A stretch of 64,000 nucleotides of DNA from Scyliorhinus canicula (GCF_902713615.1 NC_052156.1:125465120-125529119), one strand, 5' to 3'; counted from the stretch's first letter, positions 25,340 to 37,492 are shown. Notes: generated from the sequence alone by a model not told the origin. Made by a program: numbers and translations.

Positions 25340-26969
25340 TCTCCATTTTCACATTTTCTTCAGAATTTACACCCCACCAACAAACAGTAAACGGTAACGA
25401 ATACAATGTCAATCCCCTTATCAACAACAATGATCCCATCCTCCCACCAACCCCCAAACAACGGCCTGCATGACAATATAAGTATCAAATAAAACTAAAC
25501 CTCCCAAGGAGGAAAAAAGAAAAAGGAATCAGTAATCGCCCCTGGTCACCATTGACATATTTAGTCCACCCCCCCACCTAATATTCAATGTCATCACTTC
25601 CTCTTGCAAACACCTCCCCCCAACTTTTCACCCCGGCTAGACTCACCGAAACCTGTTCTTCCAAGCTCTGATGGCCGCAGCCCTCCCCCCACCTCACTCC
25701 TGTTCACTGGCCGGCTTAAACTGGCCAGCGTGGAGACCCCTGCCCAGGTCTCCTACTTCCTTGCCCGATCCCAGGAAAACCAAGAAATCCTCTTTCGCAC
25801 ACAACCCCAGCATACACATTCAAGCCCCAAAGAAAGTCCCAACTCTTCCCTTGTCAAAATATACAGTGTCGATTCATTTAGGACATACACCAACACGCAG
25901 TGAAAAAATAAAGTTACATGAGGCTACATCGGTACACGAACCACTCTCAGTCCCATTTCTCAATTCTGCCACAGTCCTTCTGCCTTCACAAACTCCTCCA
26001 TCCTTCCGTCGTCCCAAAATAAAAGCCCTTGGATTTGTAGGTCACCCTCAACTTAGCTGGATATACTATGCCACACTGCACCTTGCTGATGTACAGTGCC
26101 TTCTTCACCCGGCTAAGGTTGCCCGCCTCCTCGCCAGCTCCACCGTAAAGTCCTGGTATACCAGCTCCAGCCCACTGCACCACTCGCTTCTGCTTAGCCC
26201 AGCACAGGACCATCTCCTTCATGCTGTATCTACGGAAATACACTCGCCTTTGGTATCAGCCTCCATGACCGATGACCCCGATTTAGTTCGTATCAAGAGG
26301 GATCGTCCCCCTCCCCCAATAGCTCCGCCAACATCATGGCAAAATACTCCATCGGCCTCAGGCCTTCCACCCCTTCGGGCAGACCAACGATCCTCAGATT
26401 CTGCCGCCTGGATCGGTTTTCCAGGTCTTCCATTTTGGCTCGCAGACCCTTGTTGGTCTCTGTCATCTTCCGCAACTCCTTCTGCATCGAGGTGGGTTGA
26501 TCACTGTGCTGTGATAATACCTCTTCCACTTCCTTGCTCCCTCAACTCTGCCGCTGCGCTTGATACCGCCCCCCTCACCAGGGCAATCGCCTCCTCACCA
26601 GCACTTTCCATACCGCCCCCATCGCTTCTTCATCGCTTCCATGTGCTTTGTGAACTGTTTTTCATGTTCCACAACCATCACTTTGGTCATTTCTTCTGCT
26701 GTGAGCGATGGGGTATCCCCTGGTGCTCCAACCTCCGCTTTCCTTACAGTTCCTGCACTGACATTTCCACTCATCGGCGGACTTTCATTAACCCCCTTTT
26801 TCACTTCCGTTTTTTTCCCCAAGCTTGGACATTTCTCCTCCCTGTGCCTTCTTACAGCTTTTTCAGCCTCCATTGCCATTGGGACCGGGCGTTAAAACCA
26901 CAAAATTTCTATTCCCGAGCGGAAACCCTCCAGTGTGCGGCTGCCTCCCGCCCGCCGTCACCGGAAGTC
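25340..26969 (-). mobile_element. L1-clade element: 5' UTR, ORF1, spacer and apparent 3' UTR, ORF2 absent
   Basis: ORF1 motifs LENRSRRQNLRIVGLPEGVEG and YPAKLRVTY.SK.FYF on the minus strand; CpG-rich 5' end starting ACTTCCGGTG; GT-rich UTR-like segment at 25340-25597. Confidence 0.8.
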
Positions 26970-27789
26970 CACAAAGGGATAACATTAAGGTGGGCTTTAA
27001 CATTGTTTTTTGACAGAGAACAGATATTTTATTTGGCATTTTGTAAGAAAAAGTAAAATTCATTTAGGCCATTAAGCTCTGCTACTAATCTATTCAGATC
27101 CACTTCTGAAAACAGTAAAAAAATTGTAAGAGAATTTGGGAGGCCTCAGTGTAGTTAGATGGTGGAGGGAAATTCCTATGGGTAGAGCCCTGATAACAAT
27201 CTTGGGCATTTTGTGCATTTGCGAAGATATGAAGTACCAGGATAGACAGGAAGGACAGTTTGGGTTTGCCAGCCACCATTCCCAATCTAGACCAGCACTC
27301 ACTACTCATTCCAGTTGTTTGCTTTTGCCGTACAAATAATTCATTATATTCTGGATTAAACTCCCATATCCATTACATTGGTTTCAGTTGATCCCGATTA
27401 ACTTGACAACTGATAACAATAACAGATGATTGGAAAGCTTAAAATGACAACACTCAAACTCTATTCAATTTTTATTTGGGAAATAAACCAGCAATGTCAC
27501 ATTGCGCAGTTTGTGGTAGTAATGGATTGATGAATTACTGAAGAGGGAAATAATCGATGGAGGTGCAGAACTTAAGCTACAGTCGGTACAAGGGCTAATT
27601 CATAAGAAAGGCTTTGTTTTTAAAATGGTACTATGAAAGGATTTTCCAACCTTTTGGAAACAACTACACTTGCACAATTCAAGCCATAAATAAGTCATTC
27701 AGATAAGATCACAGATCGATCAAACATAAAAGCTACTTTAACACAAATCTTCGTGAAGTTAATTCCTGAACAAAAAACAATATAACGCA

Positions 27790-27905
27790 CAACAGCAATA
27801 ACCTCAACCAGCAGCACAACACACACCAGAAATAATCTCAGCCAGCAACAGGACACACAACAGTAACAATCTTAATCATCAACACAACAGTAATAATCTC
27901 AACCT
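27790..27905 (+). repeat. Degenerate ~26-33 bp minisatellite (AACAGTAATAATCTCAACCAGCA...)
   Basis: About four decayed copies of CAG(C/T/A)AATAA(C/T)CTCA. Confidence 0.55.
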
Positions 27906-28378
27906 GGCATACAGACCTCACGCAAGAAAAAAAAAGGTCTCATTATCTCCATCTGTTCCCAAACCTGAACAGACTCTTACACGGGTCAGAATAAACAGAA
28001 TTGACACAAGAGCAAAAGTAACGGCATATACTGGAAATTTAAAATAAAAGCAATTCTGACAAAAGGGTCTCTGATATGAATTATTAATGATGTTTATCTA
28101 CTACAGATGCTGCAAAACCCATGTTATGGATGCCTGATCAGCTCTCAACAGAGACTCAAAGACTGGACCAGATACCATGACTTTATAAAATTTAATGCAG
28201 TGCGGAAAGATTGATTCAGGAATGATAATATAAGAAATAGGGCTTGGTTAATTTATAAACAAACTTTATTAAACAAAAGAGAAGAAAACAATATTTAAAC
28301 TTTTACTTCAGCTTTAAGACTAACAGATTCCACGCAATTTCTTATCTTTAACACTACTAAACAACTGTTTGCATGAGC

Positions 28379-28482
28379 ATGAAATGAAATGAAATGAAAA
28401 TCACTTATTGTCACAAGTAGGCTTCAATGAAGTTACTGTGAAAAGCCCCTAGTCACCACATTCCAGCGCCTGTTCGGGGAGG
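28379..28482 (-). mobile_element. SINE 3' fragment (tail type X) with (TTTCA)n end
   Basis: Near-identical to the tail of the SINE at 50606-50785. Confidence 0.85.
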
Positions 28483-28511
28483 TTCTTGGTCCACTTACAC
28501 AAACAGACAAA

Positions 28512-29162
28512 GGGCAGTATTCTCCGACCCTGCCGGCCGCTGAATTCTCCGACACTGGAGATTTGGCGGGGGCGGGAATCGCGCCACGCTAGTCGGCGGC
28601 CGCTCACAGGCCCCCCCCCCCCGGCGATTCTCCCGACCCGCAATGGGCCGAAGTCCCACTGGTTCTATGCCAGTCCCGCCGGCTTAGATCAGACTAGGTC
28701 CCTTACCGGCGGGACCTGGCGGCACGGGCCGGCTCCGGGGTCTTGGGGGGGCGGGGGCGCAGGGTGATCTGGCCCGGTGGGGTGCCCGCACAGTGGCCTG
28801 GCTTGCAATCAGGGCCCACCAATCCGCGGGCAGGCCTGTGCCGTGGGGGCACTCTTTTCCTACGCGCTGGCCTTGTCAACCTCCGCGATGGCCGACGCAT
28901 GGGTGAACCCCCCATGCGCATGCGCGGGGATAACGTCAGCAGCCGCTGATGCTCCCGCTCTTGCGCGGTCTTGCGCTTGCTGGCGGAGTCCCTTCGGCCC
29001 CGGCTGGTGTGGTGCCAAAGGCTTTCCACGCCAGCTAGCGGGGCGCAAACCACTCCGGCGCCGGCTTAGCCCCTGAAGGTGCGGAGGATTCCACACCTTT
29101 GGGGCATGCCACGCCGTCCCACTGGGACCCCCTGCCCCACCGGGTACGGGAGAATCCCGCCC
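28512..29162. mobile_element. PIF/Harbinger-like MITE, intact
   Basis: TIRs GGGCAGTATTCTCC / GGAGAATCCCGCCC; 3-bp TSD AAA (28509-28511 / 29163-29165). Confidence 0.85.
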
Positions 29163-29655
29163 AAAGGCAATACTTGCATTTACGAAGCACTTTTCTTCTG
29201 TTAGGGACATTTGTTCAGAACCTTTTTCCAAAGTCTGTCTCAGTGGCAACTTTAATGGTCGATTTCCACAGCCTTCTGCCTGAAATGGTTCAGAACTGCA
29301 TTATTTTGCTCTCTCTCCAAGCCCCCCAACCCTCTCAATCAAATGTTCTCCCCCCGAGGTGGCCAGACTTGAATCCATTATTGTTATTTTGGCTGTCTGA
29401 TTTCATACTCCCGTTTCTACAAAAGAACAAAGCCATGCCATTCATATGCATCTAACCTTCCACTGATGGACAAATTGGTCATGAGGCACTGTGATGGGAT
29501 AACAGCTGATCAAACAAAATTGTCCCGAATGACAATGGATCTTGAGTGCATCATCCTGGCTGAGCTGAACTGGGGCATCCTGTGTATTCCCACTAATTAG
29601 GTTAAATCTGAATGGGACATGGTAACTCAGTCTGTGGCGTATCCCTCAGCACTGC

Positions 29656-30469
29656 TGTTGCCCTTTTCGATCCCAACAGTGTTGCTAATACTGTTGCTAA
29701 TATTAATGATGTTTTTGAACCACAAGCCTTCCCTTACATCGATCAAATGACCACACAACCAGTTAGTTAGTTCAAAAGATGGTTTATTTTACATCCACAA
29801 GAATTACCTCGACATGTAAATACAATATCTACTACGCGTTAAACTATACCTATCAGCCATAATAACTTATACTTAACTTCAGGGTGACCGGCACTGTGCA
29901 AATGGATACGGTCTTTATCTGGATTTCACTTGGCTGGTTCAAAGAAGGTGGCTCTGTCTCCGCAGGTACCGATCGTAGGTCTTGAACTTGGCTGGCTGTT
30001 CCTGCTATAATTGGTTTGGCACAGGCCGGATCCAAAAGAGACAGAACACATGGCTGTGTCCTCTTTTATCCCGCTGGGATTTCGCACTCTTTGGGGCGGT
30101 CCTTAACCTTGGACCCAATAGTTCGACAGAGCTCTGATCACGGTCTTCGATTTTGGCCAACAAAGGGGCGGGTACCTTGGTAGCTGGCCAGGCCCTCAGT
30201 GGTCATTGACCTTGTCAGTTGGGCTTTCTGAGTAAAGGGAGTGGCGCAAATCAGTCTGTGGCTATACCGGTTGCTTGTTTGGGGTCCTATTGTCCTGGGA
30301 AAATGAGCCATTAAAATGCAAATGAGCCATTAAAATGCAAATGAGCGAGGGCTTTTGATCAGGTCTGGTTACCTGTGGTTCAGATACACAAAGGCTTTGC
30401 ATTTGTCTGAGTCCTGGGTTGGCCATAATTCCCATGGTCCTTCGCAGGTGGCCATCTTAGATGGCTACA
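29656..30469 (-). mobile_element. Solo LTR (ERV- or Gypsy-like)
   Basis: Minus strand starts TGTAGCCATCTAAGATGGCC and ends GCAACA (29656 or 29692), with GATAAAAG TATA-like box (~30061-30068) and AATAAA (~29783-29788) in order. No clean TSD. Confidence 0.7.
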
Positions 30470-30993
30470 TCGCTTTATTTTATAAAGTTTGTTTATAAAA
30501 TAACCAAGCCCTATTTCTTATATTATCACTTTTCCCTCAGTCTGTTTAACCCCTAAATAGCCCGCTGCATCTTGGACCCCATTTCTGAACCCACATTCCT
30601 AATATCTCCTTCACATGACACCAATTGAGTATGGTCAGTATTTTCTGGAACTGGGCGTACTTGGATTGAGGTTAGACCAATTTAACTTTTTAAACAAATT
30701 GTCTTAATGAAGAATCATACTGAAATATTAGCGTTCTTTTTTCTCTTTCACAGTTGGATCGTAATCTGCCTGCTAAAATATTCAACCATTATCTGTCATT
30801 ATAATCTTAAAATACATGAAGCTAGAAACTGTTGGTGATGGTGATAACAGCAAACAAATGCTTGATGTGTTCCCATCACACTCTGCTGTTGACTATTTTT
30901 AGACATTAACCTATTCAAAACAGACTAACATCTTCCTTAAAAAAGGCAAAGGAATACCAAAAAATGTGTTGAGTACTCATCCACTCTTCCTTA

Positions 30994-31312
30994 ACATAGA
31001 ACGCCCTACAGTGCAGAAGGAGGCTATTTGGACCATCGAGTCTGCACCGACCTTCCGAAAAAGTACCCTATCTTGGTCCACACCCACACCCTAACCCTGT
31101 GACCCAGTAACTCCACCTAACCTTTTGGACACTAAGGGGCAATTTAACATGACCAAGTTACCTAACTTGCACATTAGGAGCATCCAGAGGAAACCCACAC
31201 AGACACGAGGAGAATGTGCATACTCCACACATGCAATCACCCTAGGTTGGAATTGAATCCGGGTCCCTGGTGCTGTGAGGCAGCAGTGCTAACCACTGTA
31301 ACACTGTGTTCC
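30994..31312 (-). mobile_element. HE1-type V-SINE
   Basis: tRNA head (GGTTAGCACTGCTGCCTCACAGC), partial V-domain and CR1-type tail. Confidence 0.85.
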
Positions 31313-31345
31313 CCCTTTCGGATCGCCTGCCACAAAATGGCATTT

Positions 31346-31521
31346 AAGGCTGGTTTAGCTCAGTGGGCTAAATAGCTGGCTTGCAATGCAGAACAATGCC
31401 AGCAACGCGGGTTCAATTCCCGTACTGGCCTCCCCAAACAGGCGCCAGAATGTGGCAAAAAGGGTCTTTTCACAGTAACTTAATTGAAGCTTCCTTGTGA
31501 CAATAAGCTATTATTATTATT
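31346..31521 (+). mobile_element. Short tRNA-SINE: head type A fused directly to tail type X
   Basis: GGCTGGTTTAGCTCAGTGGGCTA (A-box) ... GGTTCAATTCCC (B-box) ... TTTTCACAGTAACT...GTGACAATAAG(TTA)n. Confidence 0.85.
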
Positions 31522-32826
31522 CAGGCGGGGTCCATATTCCAGCCTTCATTTTCTGGAAGTCCACCATCTCTCCTTAACTGTGCGTCAGTGATGATGGGTG
31601 CCTTTTCATTGTTATGCCCGGACACAGCAGCAGGCTACCCACCATCCAGGCCTGCCCTGCCACTTAACATGGCATTAAACACCTGGGTGCATAATTAATG
31701 AGATTGGGCCGGAAGATTTGATGTGTTTTCCCGTCCGTCACCACAGCGGGAAATGCGTCACGTTCCCTCCCCCACCACAGCACTGGGAGAATTCCGCCCA
31801 GTTTGTTAAGCAACAAAAAAAACACTTCTAAATATTAAAGAGATACAAACACTTACAAAAACCTCAATCAATTCACAGCAATAGCATCACAGTCCAATGC
31901 TAAATAAGCGAATCTCCTTGCCATTTTTAAACTGCTTGTCAGAATTTTCAATTCACTCCTTATTTAATCTTCGACCACTGCAACCACGAAAGTGCCGTGA
32001 CAAAAATATTTAAATGCAGCTATTTATCCATTTTCACACCAGAGCTCATCATTTTTATCTCCAAAATGTGGTTTGAAGCCAATAAACGTTTAAATGTGGA
32101 AATAGCCAGAATGGCTGGTGGGGGAGAGGGGAATACAAAGATTTAAAAGCTGCGTTTTAGCTGCTCATTTGTTAACACCTAAAAATCAACTTCTGTTGAT
32201 TGGTGAAACATTTCGGAGATGTTCTGAACTCCTGGTGGATGCTCCATAGATAAATGCAGATTGGTATTTCTTTTGATTTCATTTGTGCACAATCAACTCA
32301 TCTTGAAATGTCTCCAGCGCATGAATAATGGGCTGTCTTCAATTTGACCATTCATTTGTGGCAAACTCCCTTTGGGTATCATGGTAACTAAGCAAGTCGG
32401 CATCGGACCAATCAGCGCCTACAGAGAAATACAAGTCAAATTTAGTTTGATTTATTTGGTCTGACAGGTCTCCGTCCATCCCTCCAACCGACCTGACTGC
32501 TTCCCACAAACTTCAGGTCCCACTCTCCAGCTGATTGGAATTGTTTTGACAAGCTTCCGGCTCCGCGATTTAACTGATCTGATTGGTGTTAATGACCTCC
32601 AAGCACAATGAAGGAAGTTAACAAGTTTGGAAACGGGGATGGTCAGCTTAAATCACTGATGATTGATATGTGTAACACGGAGAGCAATGTGTTGTTTTGC
32701 CCACAACTGTGACCAACAGACCAAAGCTCCAATTTCCAGCCTAAATAATGAGAAAAGGCAATAAACTGTCCACAACATCCCAGGCAAACACATCCAAAAT
32801 GGGAATGAAAACAAACTAGCGCTTAG

Positions 32827-33541
32827 TGTTAAGATAGCGGACCAGATCTCAATTTTTGTTAGGATATCGGACAAGAAAACCCAAACAATTTGCAATTTGT
32901 AAATCTGTGGGGGAAGGATACTTCATGCCAGGAGTGATTACACTGACCAGTAGGTGTCTTTTATATTCAAACTAATTTTAATTTAAACATATTATCAAAG
33001 AAACAGCTTTATAATTAGCAGTCAAACAGTTCGTAAATAAAAGGAAAATGTTTAACTGATGCCCTAACCTTCCCGATAAACATTCCAACCAAGTTAACAA
33101 AACAAGTTTACTTGCTGTCCTCTGTGAAGACCTTTTGGAGAGAGACCCTTTCACGGACAGATCCAGTCCACTTCTGTCTTGTCTGCTCAACCTGACAGCA
33201 TTTGGCAAACTTGCAAACTACAGACCGACCTGGCTTTTCCCATTAATGACATTATCTGCATCCCACTCAGATGACCCATGACCTGCTTAGCTAGGATTAA
33301 ACACAATCCCTCAAATCATCTGTACCACAGGAAACCATCCAAGGTATAACTATACACTGTTCCATTAGCCCTTCATCTGTAACCAAGTAACTGGTCAGAA
33401 TTAATGATTACCTCACTCTTACAACACCTTAATTACAGCTTTATTGACACACTGCCTGTCTATATTTTAAACCAGGGTTTTTAATAACATTACTGCCACA
33501 GATGTGAAAAGTAATGTATATCAATTTTTACATTCATCACA
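32827..33541 (-). mobile_element. Probable solo LTR
   Basis: TGT...ACA termini, ~715 bp, non-coding; related to the 28122 element; TSD not matched. Confidence 0.5.
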
Positions 33542-33559
33542 TTCTAAAGAAAATAGATG

Positions 33560-34965
33560 GAGAGTCACTGCCCACAGAATACCCAACCTCTGGCCAGACA
33601 CATTCATTACATGGCTGATTCAAAAACTTAATTAACCTAATTGGGCCAGCCATATAAATATTGCAGCTACATGAGTATGTCAGAGACTGGGTATTCTGGT
33701 TTTAACTCTCTCATGCATCTGGCCACCACTAGCTAGGCTAGGATTGATTGGACATCACTAATCGCCCTTGGGAAGGTGGTGGTGAGCCACTTTCTTAAAC
33801 CTCTGCAGCACATAACTCATCTTCAGACTCCCCGATCCTTCCCACCAACTGTGAGGCACATAATGGAATACTCTCCAATTGCCCAGGTGACTGCAGTTCC
33901 AACTTTCAAGAAGCTCAACACCATCCAGGACAAAGCTTGATTGGCATTTCATCCAAAAGCTTAAAACTGCTTCTCCTCCACCACAAGCTGCAAAGTGTAC
34001 CATTTACAAAGCTTCTTCAATAGCACCTCCCAAACCACCTAGAGGTATAAGGGAAGCATGGGCATGGAAAATACCATCTGAAAGTTCCCGCCATCCAGAC
34101 TTGGAATTATATCATCGTTTCTTCATTATTTCAGAGACAGAGGCTGGGATTCTCCGACCACCCGCCGGGTCGGAGAATCCCCGGGGGGAGGCACGAATCC
34201 CGCCCCGCCGCCGGCTGCCCTATTCTCTGATGCCATTTGATAGCGCCCCCCCCCCCCCCCCCCGGTAATTCTCCGGGCCCCGATGGGCCAAGCGGCCGTC
34301 CAGTTTTGGCCGGTCCCGCCGGCGTGAATTCCTCACCTCACACATGGCAGGACCTGGCAGGTGAGTGTGAGGGGGCAGTCCTCGGGCGGGGGGGGGGGGG
34401 CATGGGGGGATCTGAGAGCCCCCACGGTGGCCTGGCCCGCGATCGGAGCCTACCGATCTGCGGGCAGGTTTGTTCCATGGGGGGGAATGCTTTCCTCCGC
34501 ACCGCGCCCCTGTAGGGGTCATCCATATTGCCCGGGGGCCGGCGCGGAGAAGAGATCCCCCACGCATGCACGGAAATACGCTAGCCAGTCTGCGCATGAG
34601 CGGAAATACGCCGGCTGATCCTCGCATGCGCAAACTTGCGCCGGCCCTTCGCCGCCAGCTGGAGCGGCACCAACCCCATCAGCGTCCACCTAGCCCCCAA
34701 AAATTCGAAGAATTCCTCACTTTCGGGGGCTGTTGATGCCGGAGTGGTTGGTGCCGGTTTTCCCGCCAGCGTGAGGCTTAGTCCCCAGAAGTGAGAATCC
34801 GGCCCAGAATGTTTGAACCCCTACATAGCAGCAGTGGGAGTATCTTTGCAACACAGACTCAAACAATGCAAGAAGGCTGCTCACCACTACCTTCTCAAGG
34901 ACAATAAAGAATGGACAATAAATGCTGGCCTAGCCAGTGAGGTTTATATTCTGTGAATTAAAAAA
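33560..34965 (+). mobile_element. Degenerate CR1-group LINE 3' fragment (same family as 3335-4226) split by a MITE
   Basis: Shared AAGAAGCT..ACACCATCCAGG.CAAAGC and GAAGGCTGCTCACCAC.ACCTTCTCAAGG...GCTGGCCTAGCCAG segments; a small inverted piece at ~33760-33810. Confidence 0.7.
34142..34805. mobile_element. PIF/Harbinger-like MITE, intact
   Basis: TIRs GGCTGGGATTCTC / GAGAATCCGGCCC; 3-bp TSD AGA (34139-34141 / 34806-34808); 5' hairpin GATTCTCCGACC..GGTCGGAGAATC. Confidence 0.85.
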
Positions 34966-35504
34966 AACAATGTTCTGGACATCTGAGACACTTTACAACC
35001 TCAGAAGTACTTTCAACAGTAAAATCACAATGTATGGAATCTTGGCAGCCGACTTGAACTCTGTAACGAATAACAAAGAGCAATGGATCGTTGTTGAGGG
35101 ACAAATATTGGCCAAGATATCAGAAGAGCCCCTGCCCGCTTCTGTGACTAGTTCAGTGAGGTTTTGCCCACCTGCAATGTCCATCTGAATTCAATAATGC
35201 CTCCCCCAGAATTGATGAGTTTGCCTAGATTATGTGCACATGTCTCAGGGACTTGATCCCACTCACTCTGATGAGATTTTTATACTGGACCAGGTTGTCA
35301 TTGCCCAGAATCCCCTCAATGCGACATTCTGCCAGGTATGACGAAGTATAAGGTACCCCAGCAGACAAAGAAAATCTGATCCAGGAAGCACATAGAAACA
35401 TTTCATGTTGAGCTATAAAAATGAAAACATACAATACAAAATTTTGTACTCTGTAAAATAATAAAAACAAGTTGAAGAGCCACACATTGAGCAGCTTCCC
35501 AGAA

Positions 35505-35807
35505 CTAATAATAATAGTAATAATACTCTTTATTGTCACAAGTAGGCTTCCATTACGACTGCAATGAAGTTACTGTGAAAATCCCCTAGTCGCCACATTC
35601 TGGCGCCTGTTCGGACACATGGAGGGAGAATTCAGAATGTTCAAATTACAACAGCACGCCTTTCGGGACTTGTGGGAGGAAAGCAGAGCACCCGGAGGAA
35701 ACCCACGCAGACACAGGGAAAACGTGCAGACTCCGCACAGACAATTACCAAGCCGGGCATCGAACCTGGGACCCTGGCGCTGTGAAGCAACAGTGCTAAC
35801 TACTGTG
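35505..35807 (-). mobile_element. tRNA-head V-domain SINE with tail type X
   Basis: Same structure as 21900-22213. Confidence 0.85.
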
Positions 35808-36671
35808 TTAATTAAGCATAAATCAATAAACTGCAGCAATCAGTCTAGTCAAAACTACTCATCAATAATCAATTTTAACCATATGAAGATCTTCTTCGTC
35901 ACATAGATGCTATATTTAGAGGTAACCTCATTCCTAAGCATTAACAAATCACAAATGTAGCCAACTCCAACATAGAGATTAACTGCAAACCCACCAAGAT
36001 ATTGTCAATAATTATATTTGATAATTAAGCACTGTAATATTCTTGATGTTGAATAATGCTATCAACACCATACCACCAATGTCTCAAAATGGTATATATA
36101 GTGGATCAAACGAAAGCACAAACAGAACATTGGCATTATTCAGAGATTTCTCTCAGCCAATCTCTTGGCGTGACTTAAAGGTCACTAAAAGGGATACTTT
36201 TCTTTGCATGTGAACACAAATTAGATTTTTAAGTCTCAAGCATGAAGTTTGAGGTCAAAGAGAGTATATGGAGGCCAGGAATTTCAGGCAGAATTTATTC
36301 ATCCTAGATTTCACCTAGTTTCCAGTGCTCTTTGAAAGTATATTAAAGGGCAGTGGCTGGATCTTCATGTCAAGGGGCCAATGTCAGTGAGAATTTGCAG
36401 GCAGGCTCAAGGAATTCTGCCCATTCCACCTTCACAAGACTTCAGGGCAACTCGCAGTTATATAACTGAAGTCCAGCCAGTCCTTCATTTTCTTCCGGAA
36501 TACACAGTGCTTGTAAAAAAAAAAATCAGGCATGAAAATTATTTTTTATTATTTAAAAAGATACGAGGGATATTTCTTCCTATTTCTAAACCATATGTAA
36601 CGAAAGATGAAAATTTTCACTTCTGTACAATTATATTTTAGAGTAATTTTTCCGAGAGATTATACTAATGT

Positions 36672-36892
36672 GCAGGCCAACATTTATCCCTCAACCGACA
36701 CCTAAAATTAATGGTCTGGTCACGTATTTCTTTGCTGTTTGTGGGGCTCGTACTGTGTGACAAATGGCTGCTGCTCTTCCGATATTGGAACGGGCAACTG
36801 CACTTCAAAACTACTGAACTTAGCAGTAAAGAGCTTTTGGATATCCTAAGGTTGTGAAAAGCGCTGCATTGCTGTAAGTTCTTGCCTTCTTA
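36672..36892 (+). mobile_element. Ancient DeuSINE-like 3' portion
   Basis: GGCCAACATTTATCCCTCAACC...TTGCTGTTTGTGGG...CAAATGGCTGC...GTTGTGAAA.GCGCT. Confidence 0.7.
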
Positions 36893-37074
36893 TTTTGTTG
36901 CATTTCTTGCTTTTAATTCTGATACTAAGCAGTTTATTTCATAGAATATTGACACAAGTAGTGGATCTTCTCCTGGTTATACTACATATCAGAGACTGTA
37001 CCAGTTTTGCAAAGTTAGCCAACAAATTGCATGTACTCATGTAAAAGAGAAAAATTGGTGGTTGGTTTCAGGCA

Positions 37075-37420
37075 AGCACAGAGTGGCACGGTGGCACAAT
37101 GGTTAGCACTGCTGCCTCACAGCGCCAGGGACCCGGGTTCAATTCCAAACTTGGGTAACTATCTGTGTGGAGTTTGCACCTTCTCCTCGTGACTGTGTGG
37201 GTTTACTCCGGGTGCTCCGGTTTCGTTCCACAGTCGGAACGTGTGCAGGTTAGATGGATTGGCCATGCTAAATTTCCCCTAAGCGTTCAAAGGTTAGGCG
37301 GGGCTACAGGGGTAGGGTGCGGGATTGGGCCTAGGTAGGGTGGTCTTTCAGAGATAAGTGCAGACACAATGAGCCGAATGGCCTCCTTCTGCATGGTACA
37401 GATTCTATGTAGGGATTCTA
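37075..37420 (+). mobile_element. HE1-type V-SINE, full length
   Basis: GGCACGGTGGCACAATGGTTAGCAC (A-box), GGTTCAATTCC (B-box), V-domain and ATTCTATG tail. Confidence 0.9.
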
Positions 37421-37492
37421 CAATTTATGAAGTGGACAGTCTAACCATGCAGTGAGGTCCACTGTGCAATCACTTGCGTATTCCAGCTGCTC

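Larger units (their letters stand above)
28122..30620 (-). mobile_element. Old LTR-like element hosting a nested SINE tail, MITE and younger LTR
   Basis: TGT start and ACA end; the left portion resembles the solo LTR at 32827 (GGACCAGAT..., GGAA.GAT...CAGGA.TGAT). TSD not convincing. Confidence 0.4.

Noticed and set aside
25671-27056. 461-aa plus-strand ORF
   Set aside because: It is the antisense of L1 ORF1/5' UTR, is low-complexity Pro/Ser-rich and has no recognisable domain.
2102-34736. Numerous overlapping 60-140 aa ORFs in GC-rich patches
   Set aside because: They coincide with MITEs, where high GC suppresses stop codons; no transposase motifs are present.
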